A program made the translations under genes and the position numbers. Shown here piece by piece: positions 53,290 through 64,000 of a stretch of DNA of 64,000 nt. Source of the DNA: Eledone cirrhosa (lineage: Eukaryota); NCBI GenBank assembly GCA_964016885.1, contig OZ024742.1, forward strand, positions 36,642,001 through 36,706,000, given 5' to 3'. The notes under the pieces were generated by a model. That model was not told the origin of the DNA. It worked only from the letters and a program-made list of their open reading frames with translations, and ran no database searches. Position 1 is the stretch's first letter. Every line of letters starts with the position of its first letter.

Positions 53290-56200
53290 ATGGATGTGTT
53301 AAGAGTAGGATGTTTGAATGCACGTGGCCTGGGCTCAACTTGGAAGCAAGCAAAGCTTCTAAATGACCTCAGGTCATGTGGTATAAATGTAATGGTTATC
53401 TGTGAGACTCGGATCAGCGTCGTGCGGCAGCTAGCCCCTACCTTCGATGACTTTGAGGTGCATGCATCTCTCTGTCAACCTGGAGGTGGGGGTGGGGTTG
53501 TCGTACTGCTGCAAAAACACCTGGGTCTTGCCGTACAGGTTGTTCACTCGGACCCGGAGGGTCGTTTGTTGGTGCTAGACGTTGGCAGTAGTGAAGGTGC
53601 GGCCTTGAGACTGGTCGCCGTCTACTCCCCTTTCGGAGCTGAACGGCCCGACTTCTTCCAGCGTTTAGAGACTTTTCTGGGAACGTCACGTTCCCTGCTT
53701 CTAGCGGGGGATTGGAATGACATCCTAGATGCACGTTGGGACTATGCAGGAGCATGTCCTAATAGAGGGGGTGTAACAGCCTCAAGGGGTTACTCGACCG
53801 TTTTAACTTGGTCGATAGATATCGACTAGATTTTCCAACTGTGCCTACCTGGACTTGGAGAAACCACAGTGGTCAATCTAGATCGTACTTAGATAGATTC
53901 TTAGTTAGAAGTAAGGATAGGGACATATTAAGCTGTCCAGAAATGCGCACGGTTGGCTATACGGATCACAAATTAGTGACCTGCGTAGTCAATCTCGAGA
54001 AAACACATAAACAGGGTCCCGGTTACTGGAAACTTAATTTGTCTTTACCGGCAAAAGAGACTTACAGAAACCGGATTAGCAGATTAGTTAAGGAGTGGTT
54101 GACGGGTGCAATCGTCAACAACCGATGGTGGGCATTCTCAAAAGAGAGATTAGAACAGAATCAATAAGTTATAGCAAGATGTTAGCTGCCGATAGGAATA
54201 GAAACGAGAAAGAATTAACAGGTAAATTAGAAGAGGCAATCAAGAGCGAAGATGTGGCCAGAGTGCTGGCATCGAGGACGGCCTTGAACCAGTTTTTCGA
54301 TGCAAAGCACGAAGGCTGCGTCATTCGAAGTAAAATACGTGCTCTAGGTAATGAGGGGGCCAAAGCCGTTGGCTGGGCCCGCGTGACAGAAGCTAAGACT
54401 GGAAATCGATCCACCATCCGGTCGTTGCAAGACGAGGATGGACGGGTGATCCGGGAGCCTAAGCAGATGTGCGAGGCCTTTCAAAGGCACTTTGCCCGAT
54501 TATTCGGGTGAGGCGAGGGTCCGGGCGGGGACGTGGATTTCGGTCCATACCTCGACGGCCTGCCGCGTCTCTCGAGCGAAGAGGCAGAGTCCTGCGAGGG
54601 ACCAATCTCGGCTGATGAGATCGGAGATGCGCTGAGCCAATACAGCAGACGCAAATCTCCAGGTCTCGATGGTATACCTTACGAACTTTATTTAGCAATG
54701 CCGGTCTTCTTCTCCGAACTCCTCGAAGCGGTCTACTGCAATTGGCAGCAGAACGGGAGAATTCCTTGTTCTGTAGCCAAGGGCGTAGTCTCGCTGGTGA
54801 GGAAGGACGAGAACAAGGGGGATAGTATAAATAATTTTCGGCCCATAACCCTGCTAAACACAGAGTTAAAGATTTTGGCCAAGGTGTTAGCAAAGAGGTT
54901 GGCGCTTGTCGTGGATAGCTTGGTGGGAGATGCGCAGACATGTGCTATCCCATCCAGGTCCATTCACGATAACCTCCACCTTATCCGATACATCATAGAG
55001 AGGGTTGGCAACAAACCCGGCTTCGGTGGGGCCCTGATCAACTTGGATCAGTCTAAGGCCTTCGATAGAGTCGACCATGGTTACCTGGATGCGATGCTAA
55101 CGGCGGCTGGGTTCGGTCCTGTTTTCAGAGGCTGGATCACTGCCTTACATAGCAACCATATCTGTTCTAGGATCAAGGTGAACGGCTACCTTTCGAAGCC
55201 GTTCGAAATCACACGATCCATTCGACAGGGGTGCCCTCTCCCCTCCCTTCTGTACGTATTGACTCTCGAGCCTTTACTGAGGAAGTTAGAGTTGTTGCAG
55301 GGTATCCCCTGGAACCAGGATTGAGCAAAGCGGTGTCGGCCTACGCCGATGACGTAACAGTAATGGTATCGACCGACTCGGAGATCGAGGCGATCGGTAC
55401 CTTACTGGAGGATTACGAAAGGTTGTCAGGAGCGAAACTGAACCGGGAAAAATCCATCGGGCTGCAACTCGGAACGTGGAGAGGCAGACCGATGCCTCCC
55501 GAAGGTGTCGTTGGACACTGGACGGAGGGCCCGGTAAAGTTGCTTGGGGTCTGGTTTGGACCGGACCTCCAGGTGGAAAATAACTGGGACGAGGTTACGA
55601 ACAAGGTCTTTGCACTAACCCAGAAATGGGCCAAGTGTAAGCTGTCCCTAAAAGGCCGGGCGGAGGTGGCGAACATTTACATAGCGTCCGTCACTTACTA
55701 CCGCCTGACTGTCGTGCCTTGCCCTAAGGAAACACTCACCACCATGGAACGCATGCTCTTCCAATTTCTTTGGAAGAAGCGCCCTCCTATGGTGAGAAGA
55801 TCCATCTGCTGCCAACAACCTTCGAAAGGAGGGCTGGGGATGCCGTGGTTGATGATGCGTAAGCACGCATTAAGGCTACGGCACCTACAGGTATTCCTCA
55901 CTGGTCAACCGGTATGGGCTCCGTTCGAGAAACGAGCCTTTCCGAGACTCGTCTCGCTCACCGAGCTGCAGTCCTGGGTCAAGCAAAGATCCGGAAAACT
56001 GGGAGACTGGCACACTGAGTGTGCTCAGGCGCTCAGGGCTCTCTGGCAAGCGGGCCAGGCCATCGGTGGAGAATCCACCTCATCATTCTATAGAGGGCTG
56101 GTGGCTAGCAGGGGCGATGACACCCTTGGAGAGTCGCTGGACATGGAAGAGGACGAACTGGCCAGCCTGTTCGGTAGGACTTTCGGCCCGGGACCAATGG

Positions 56201-56724
56201 ACAACTTCCAGAAGTCACTAGCCTGGCAGTGCTACCGGGGGGCTCTACCCGTTCGAGAGATGCTCTACAGACACGGGCGCCCGGGCAGGGATCCCTCGAA
56301 AAAGATTTGCCCTAGATGCGTGCGTCACGAAGAAACCGTTGCGCACGCATTGGTGCAATGTCCGGGCGTGGCTGATCTGTGGGGCTACGCCGAACGACTG
56401 CTGTCGCGGGTGGCGCCGATTCAATTGACCGCCGAGTCCGTGATGACAATCAAACCGCCTCCCCTCTTCACAAAGGAAGCAAAGGCGGTTTTTCTGTGCG
56501 TAATAGCCATGTTGAAAGAGGTTGTTTGGTGGACACGATTGAAAGGTCTGAGGTCAGGCAACTTCCTCTCTGGCCATAGTCTGGTCTACTTCTTCCGATA
56601 TCACTTCGGAAGAAGGATAAGAATGGAGAGAGAGGTGCTTGGCCACAGGCAGTTTTATGAAAGGTGGGTGATAGTGGTGAGAATGGCTCGTGTAAATGGG
56701 CCTTCTCTGTATACCATCCTGTAG
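53290..56724 (+). pseudogene. ORF2 (APE + RT + C-terminal zinc finger), several frameshifts
   Basis: VGCLNARGL, GDWNDILD, SYLDRFLV, TDHKLV, KSPGLDG, FRPITLLN, LDQSKAFDRVDH, RQGCPL, AYADDVT and CPRCVRHEETVAHALVQC. Confidence 0.95.
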
Positions 56725-57186
56725 GTAAAGAAGTGAAGGAGAGGGGAGCACCTTCTCCATGTGCTCCCCGGGCAAAGGATTGCACACTTTTTCGGGAGTG
56801 TGTGCAACCCCCATCACGTCCCCTCCCTTTTGAGGTTGTTTTCGATTATTTTCATTTTATACCCTTTTTACTCGATTGTATGTAAACTCCCCCTTTGTAT
56901 TTGTCCCTTCTTTTTATGCCTTTATGGTAAATAAAGAAATATATCTATCTATCTATCTATCTGTCTATCAGACGTGTGTCACTTCGCGGAGAAGTTTCCG
57001 TTAATTTATGTAAGAAAAAAACGTGAGTTTTTAGTTAAATTTTGTATCATTGTGTAACTTGACCACCCGTCTGGACCTTCAGGTGGTGGGTCAACTAATT
57101 TTCGCCCCTATAGGGGCGGAATATCCATTTAAAAAATTTTTCTCCATCGAATCTTGGAAAAAATATTGTAAAATTTTGATTACGTT

Positions 57187-59174
57187 ATGAACGCTGCGTC
57201 CAACGATAATGGTGGTGGAGAGGCGGTAAGACTACAAAGCTCGCAGTCAACAACGTCTTCTTCACTAGATACTATAGAGATGGAAAGACAAAATGAAAAT
57301 AAAAATCGAATTCATATCCAAACAACACAAATGACACCAAACTGTTCAATGACAACAAAAATAACAGCAAAACCAATAATTGTTTCTACTTTTAGCACAA
57401 GGCCAGCAATTACCCAGTACATTACTGGTACTTTATTTTATCGACCCCGTAAGGATGAAAGGCAAAGTTAACCTCGGCGGGATTTGAACTCAGATCATAA
57501 AGGGATGTAACTCTATGCTTCAAAGCATTATGTCTGACTCTCTATCGATACTGCCAATCCACAGCAAAACCAATAATGATGATAAAAGCAACAATGATAA
57601 CAACAACAAAGAAAAAAATAAAGACAACGCCAATAACACCAGCATCAAAGACAACAACAACACCAAGGAAAATACGGATGATACCAACATCGGTGACAAC
57701 AAGAATAACAACAACAATAACAACAATAATGACAACACCACCAATACGGATTCCACAAAGAAACCAAAAATCTCCTTTGCAGAGAAAGTTCAAAAGAAAG
57801 AAGAATTGATATATCTCGACATAACAAATGCTGAACAACTTTTAAAGGACGCTAAGAGATATGTCACTTTCGAAAAAAATGGTGCTTTCAGCATCAATTC
57901 TCCGGTAGAAATTCGCAAGGAAACTGCTCTCAAAACGATAGTTTTTAGGACAGTTTCCAATTCTACCCGAAAACCAGTCCAATTGTCACAGAAAGAAATT
58001 GAACTGGTTTTCAAAAATTCGATGAATGATATTGCATTCATTCAAAGAAGCAAACTTTTTGGGAGTATTTCGGTACTCATGAAGGATCAATTGACGGCCC
58101 AAAATTACTCTGTGTCGCCAATTGTATCCAACCTGCACACCTTTTTCCCTACATACATGGGAAAAAGGACACAAAAGATCAGAATCAAGAGTGTCACACC
58201 AAAGGTGAACATATGGTGGATACTGTGCGGCTTCATCAATTTTGATGAAGACAGAATACTGTCAGTAGGAAAGTCCCCCAGAGATGTATTCAATGGGACT
58301 AGCATTGAAGTTCTGGTGCAAATGAGCCCAGAGCGAATAGCTATGATCCCACAGCGTATACTCCTGGACGGACTCACCTACATAAACTTTTCGGTTGAGG
58401 GTAGGCGGCCTTCATGTTACCATTGCTTTAGCAGGGGTCACCTGAGGGCTTCCTGTCCTAAACTAATGAACCAAAAAAAGGCTCTTCTGCCGACACCCAT
58501 CAAAACAACACAACCACCAACACCACCACAACAACAACAACACCAACACACAAAAATAACCACAACAAACACAGTCCCACCCAACCCCACTCCACCTAAA
58601 ACCACTGCAAAATCGAATACAGACACAACAGCTCCCCAAGACATACCCCTCCCCAATCACACAGACGATACAACAGACGAGGCTATCTCGCCATCACCCA
58701 GTGAAGACGAGGGAGAACCCCATCGCTCGAAAAGAAAGAAAAGACATCACAAAAGCAAAAAACCAGCAAACACTACCACAAACATACAACCACCAACACA
58801 AACAACAAAAATATCACAAACAAAACCCCCACCTCCTGAAAACAAAATACCTACAACAAAACGAAAGCACACACAAGAACTACAGACAAAAACAAACACA
58901 ACACAAGAAAATTACACTTACACTTACATAAACACTGAAAACAAAACACTAATGGAGACCATCACGAACCACTCTTCGGTTTTCACCGAAGGGAAAACTT
59001 TCGCCCACTCTATTAAAAATAGCAAAAAACCCCAGACACCCCCATCCCACCAGACCCCACCCCACCAAACATCTGCGTCCCCACCCCGCCGAAAACCACC
59101 ACCCATCCAGACAACCCCTCCAACACCCCCATGGAAATGGTGCGGCCTGGTCCCCAGGAGACGAAGGGTGAGTG
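57187..59174 (+). pseudogene. ORF1 of copy B, interrupted by a SINE and with a C-terminal deletion
   Basis: CYHCFSRGHLRASC knuckle and PTYMGKRTQ shared with copy A. Lacks the LKLIRVP...LLKS block present in copies A and C. Confidence 0.88.
57381..57560 (-). mobile_element. SINE family 1 inserted into Tx1 ORF1
   Basis: Exact 17-bp TSD ACAGCAAAACCAATAAT at 57364-57380 and 57561-57577. Confidence 0.92.
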
Positions 59175-59208
59175 ACCTCTTTTCCTCTTTTAACTTTTCA
59201 GCACCAAC

Positions 59209-62200
59209 ATGGCCAATATAAGAGTTGGATGTGTGAACGTACGCGGCCTGGGGTTGCCCTGGAAACAGGGCAAACTCTTAAACGACCTCAGGTCGCACAG
59301 TATGGATGTGGTAGCCATTTGCGAGTCCAGGATCCACGGCGAGCGACAGCTGGCCCCCATCTTCGATGACTTTGAGATCTACGCATCTCTCTGTCAACCG
59401 GGGGGTGGGGGCGGAGTTGCCGTTTTGCTGCGGAAACACCTGGGCCTCGTAACACAGACGGTCCATCTGGACCCGGAGGGTCGACTGGTGGTCCTAGACG
59501 TTGACGGTAGTGAAGGTGGAGCCTTCAGGCTGGTGGCCGCATATGCCCCATCCGGGACACCGCGGCCAGACTTCTTCAAACGTCTAGAGACTTTTCTGGG
59601 AACGTCCCGCTCCTTGCTTTTAGTGGGGGACTGGAATGGAATCCTAGATGCACGTTGGGACTATGTGGGAGCATGTCCCGATAAAGGGGGGTGTAACAGC
59701 CTCAAACAGTTAATCGACCGATTTGACCTGGCCGATAGATATCGACTAGATTTTCCGACTGCGCCACTGTGGACGTGGAGTAATCGTAGCGGAACATCTA
59801 GATCGTACCTAGATAGGGTTCTAGTTAGAAATAAGGATAGGGACATGTTAAGCTGTCCACAAATGTTCATGGTTGCCTATTCAGATCACAAACTAGTGAC
59901 CTGCATGGTCAACCTTGATAGAACCCATAGACAAGGACCCGGCTACTAGAAGCTGAACTTGTCGTTACCGACAAGTAAAGCCTACAGTAGACGGATTAGC
60001 ACTTTAGTTAAACAGCACTTGACAGGGGCCATTGTCAACAACAGATGGTGGTACTCTCTCAAGAGGGCAGTTAGATTAGACTCGATAGTTTTTAGTAAAG
60101 AATTAGCGTTAGATAGAAATAGAACCGAGAAGGAACTGGTAGATAAAGTAGAAGAGGCAATTAGAAGTGGCAACGTAGCCAGCGTGCTAGCAACGAGAAC
60201 GGCCTTGGACCAGTTCTTCGACGCAAAGCACGAGGGCTGCGTTGTCAGAAGCAAAATACGTGCTCTGGGAAACGAGAGAGCCAAAGCTGTTAGCTGGGCC
60301 CGAGTGACGGAGGCAAAAAGTGGCAACAAGTCCACGTTTCGGTCTTTGAAGGACCAAAACGGACGCGTCATACGTGAGCCGAAGCAGATGTGTGCGGCTT
60401 TTCAGCGGCACTTTGCTCGGCTGTTCGGAGGGAGCGGCGCGCCGGGAGAGGCTATGGATTTCGGTTCATACCTCGACGGCCTACCGCGACTCTCGGACAG
60501 CGGAGCAAAGTTCTGCGAAAAGCTGATTTCAGCCACTGAGATAGGGGACGCGCTGAGCCAATGCGGCAAACGCAAATCTCCAGGTCTCGACGGTCTACCC
60601 TACGAATTTTACGTAGCAATGCCGGACTTATTCTCCGGTCTCCTGGAAGCGGTCTACTGCAACTGGCAACAGAACGGGAGAATTCCCAGTTCTGTAACCG
60701 GGGGCGTGGTCACACTAATCAGGAAGGACGAGAATAAGGGGGATGACGAAATTAACAACTTCCGGCCCATAACTCTGCTAAACACAGAGTTACAGATTTT
60801 GGCCAAGGTGTTGGCAAAGAGGCTGGCGCTTGTCGTCGAGAACCTGGTGGGAGAAGCGCAGACATGCGCAATCCCGACCAGGTCCATACACGACAACCTC
60901 CACCTCATGCGATACATCATAGAGGGTAGGGTGTAAACCCGGCTTCGGTGGAGCCCTGATCAACTTGGATCAGTCTAAGGCCTCCGATAGGGTTGACCAT
61001 CGTTACCTGGATGCGGTGCTCGAGGCGGCAGGCTTCGGACCCGTGTTCAGGCGCTGGATTGCTGCAATGCACAACAGCAACATCTGCTCAAGGGTCAAGG
61101 TGAACGGCTACCTCTCGGAGCCGTTCCATATTACGCGATCCATTCGACAGGGATGCCCTCTCTCCTCCCTTCTGTACGTACTGACTCTCGAGCCACTACT
61201 GCGGAAGCTGGAGCTATTGCAGGGCATCCCTCTGGACCCGGGACTGCGGAAAGCGGCGTCGGCCTACGCCGACGACGTGACAGTAATGGTGTCGAGCGCC
61301 TCGCAAATCGAGGAAGTCGGCACCTTACTAAAGGAATACGAAAGTCTCACAGGAGCGAAGCTGAACCGGGACAAGTCCATCGGTTTGCAACTCGGCAGAC
61401 CGATGCCTTCCGATGGCGTCGTCGGACGCTGGACGGAAGGACCGGTAAAGCTGCTCGGGGTCTGGTTTGGTCCGGACCTCCAGGTGGAGAAGAACTGGAA
61501 CGAAGTGACGGCCAAGGTGTTTCCACTCACCCAGAAGTGGGCCGAGTGCAAACTATCCTTGAAAGGTCGAGCGGAGGTGGCGAACACTTTTATAGCGTCC
61601 GCCATCTACTACCGCTTGACCGTCGTGCCTTGTTCAGCCAAAACGCTCGCCAAAATGGAGCGCGCGCTCTTCCGATTCCTTTGGAAGAGGCGGGCTCCTT
61701 TGGTGAGAAGATCCATCTGCTGCCAACACCCTTCTAACGGAGGGCTGGGGATGCCGTGGTTGACGATGCGCAAACACGCGCTCAGGCTGCGGCATCTCTA
61801 CGTATTCCTCACCGGACAACCGGTGTGGGCCCCGTTCGTGAGGCGAGCCTTCCCACGACTCGTCTCGCTGACCGAGCTGCAGTCCTGGGTCAAGCAGAGA
61901 CCGAGGAAAATGGGCGACTGGCACATCGAATGTGCTCAGGCGCTCACAGCCCTCTGGCAGGCGGGCCCGGCGATCAGTGGAGACTCCACTTCGTCATTCT
62001 ATAGAGGGTTGGTCCGCAGCAAGTGCGACGACGCTCTCGGTGAAACTCTAGGCGTAGAGGAAGATGAACTGGCCAGTCTGTTCGGTAGGACCTTCCGCCC
62101 GGGACCGATGGACAACTTCCAAAAGTCCCTGGCCTGGCAGTGCTACCGAGGAGCTCTACCAGTTCGAGACAAGCTCTACAGACATGGGCGCCCGGGCAGG

Positions 62201-62635
62201 GACCCTGCAAAAAAGATCTGTCCGAGGTGCGTACGAGACGAAGAAACCGTCGCGCACGCATTCATACACTGCCCGGGCGTCACTGACCTGTGGGGCTATG
62301 TAGAACGACTATTGTCGCGGGTGGGACCAGTCCAGTTGACCACCGAGTCCATTGTCATGATCAAACCGCCACCCTCCTTCAAAAACGAAGGAGAGGCAGT
62401 TTTCCTTTGTGTGATAGCTATGGCGAAAGAGGTTGTATGGTGGACAAGGTTGAAAGGGCTGAGGTCAGACACCTTTCTCTCCGGCCAACAACTGATTCTT
62501 TTTTTCAAATACCACTTTGGAAGAAGAATCAGGATGGAGAGAGAGGTGCTGTACCCCAGCAAGTTTTATGAAAGGTGGGTGAAAGTGGCGAGAATGGCCC
62601 GAGTGAATGGGCCTTCTCTCTATATCAGCCTGTAG
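59209..62635 (+). pseudogene. ORF2 of copy B, nearly intact (TAG at 59947-59949, frameshift at ~60925)
   Basis: ORFs 59209..59949, 59959..60936 and 60965..62635 carry all APE, RT (AYADD) and CPRC..ET..H...C motifs. Confidence 0.95.
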
Positions 62636-62875
62636 GTTGAGGAAAAGGAGGAGGAGAGGAAGGGAGTACAAACTCTTCGTACTCCTGGAGATGAGGGTTG
62701 CACATTTTTTTTCGGGGGTATGTGTTACCCATATAAACTGTCTCCCTCTATTGGGGAAAATCGACTAACTTTTTAAATTCCATTTGTGATAACATTTTAC
62801 ACGTTTTTATTGTATGTAAACTTCCCCCTTTGTATTTGTCCCCTTCTTTTGTGCCCCTGTGGCTAATAAAGAAAT

Positions 62876-62893
62876 ATATCTATCTATCTATCC

Positions 62894-62973
<80 letters not shown>
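62876..62973. repeat. (ATCT)n tail flipping into (AGAT)n
   Basis: ATATCTATCTATCTATCC-AGATAGATAGAT... Confidence 0.95.
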
Positions 62974-62974
<1 letters not shown>

Positions 62975-63341
62975 CGTACGAGTCTTTCTCATACCTGAAT
63001 TCCAATTTCTTCCCACACCACATCCACTTTTCCCACGAATCCTGCCATTTACCATCAATAAACATAAAAATGTACGAATGTTCATGCTTGCCACAACAAC
63101 TATCGATCTCTTTAAGTGCTTTGACTTTTACTTGCGCTTTCGATCTATTTATAAAATATTTACATATAAAATACATATAGTGATATAGGTAAAATCCCGA
63201 CCACAGCTCCTAGTGGCTTCGATCAGCATTTTATCTATCTCTATACTCACTCTATATTTCCCAATGCATTGAGTACTCTCATAATTAGTGGTCCCCCCTG
63301 GTCTCAGCACCGCAGACGCTATACACACACAGACTTACAAA

Positions 63342-63445
<104 letters not shown>

Positions 63446-63474
63446 TGCGTGCGTGTGTGTGTGTGTGTGTGTGT

Positions 63475-63655
63475 GTAAAAGGTAAACATAAATAACAGCA
63501 GAATCGGTACAGTATATAGAAGGAATATATTAGTTTAACGCTTGAAATAGTAGGAAGATAGACTTAACGTTTCGGACGCTAGTTTTTCATCAGAAGAAAG
63601 AATGAGAAATTAGAAAGACTGAAGGGACGGGCAGGACGGAATCGGAAAAAATGTT
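63475..63655 (-). mobile_element. Penelope pLTR-like fragment with hammerhead motif (same family as 9375-9575)
   Basis: Minus strand CUU-CUGAUGA-AAAACUAGCGUCC-GAAACGUUA-AG at ~63562-63595. Confidence 0.7.
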
Positions 63656-63699
63656 TTTAGAGAAAAATAGCAGGTCCATTCATGTTTCCATACATATAA

Positions 63700-63765
<66 letters not shown>

Positions 63766-63792
63766 TAACTACACAGCCTCACCTCCTACCCG

Positions 63793-63844
<52 letters not shown>

Positions 63845-64000
63845 GTTTTAATATAGATGAGATTCTACTGGACTAGAACTGTTTCTTTAGAAATCATCAG
63901 GAATCTGGCTTTCCAAAAATTCTATAGACTTAAAGAAATTAGCTTTTAATGAATTCCCTTTTCTTTCAACCAATGACCTCCACCCATCCCACTCCCCACC

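Larger units (their letters stand above)
51142..56940 (+). mobile_element. Full-length Tx1/L1-clade LINE, copy A
   Basis: 5' UTR homologous to 56970 onward, ORF1 and ORF2, and 3' end AATAAAGAAAT followed by (ATCT)n. Confidence 0.95.
56970..62875 (+). mobile_element. Full-length Tx1/L1-clade LINE, copy B (different subfamily from A, same as C)
   Basis: Separated from copy A by 29 bp of (ATCT)n. Same architecture and the same AATAAAGAAAT-(ATCT)n end. Confidence 0.95.

Noticed and set aside
57515-59221. 568-aa ORF as an intact novel gene
   Set aside because: It is Tx1 ORF1. Its start lies inside the inserted SINE and its C-terminus is shifted by a deletion.

Overview
Eukaryotic, AT-rich, microsatellite-saturated non-coding DNA. 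The SINE and MITE families look like those of an octopus or other coleoid cephalopod (inference from recalled repeat motifs). I found no convincing host exon, rRNA, tRNA gene or CRISPR array. Most ORFs in the track are translations of (TA)n, (CA)n, (GA)n or (GGT)n tracts. The real content is transposable elements. (1) Three Tx1/L1-clade LINEs: two full-length copies in tandem at 51142-56940 and 56970-62875, and one 5'-truncated copy at 1-2587 on the minus strand. All three sit in (ATCT)n microsatellite in the same relative orientation, and the two full-length copies share covarying 5' and 3' UTR hairpins. (2) A near-complete Penelope-like element at 44868-48985 with RT, GIY-YIG, pseudo-LTRs and a minimal hammerhead ribozyme. 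Around it are two other Penelope RT fragments and many small fold-back or pLTR fragments in (TA)n, several carrying hammerhead cores. (3) Remnants of CRE-, HERO- and RTE-like LINEs, a decayed Tc1/mariner element with TIRs, hAT and TTAA-type MITEs, about 30 tRNA-derived SINE copies, and a dispersed ~40-bp tandem array. Coordinates of decayed repeats are approximate and were read by eye.
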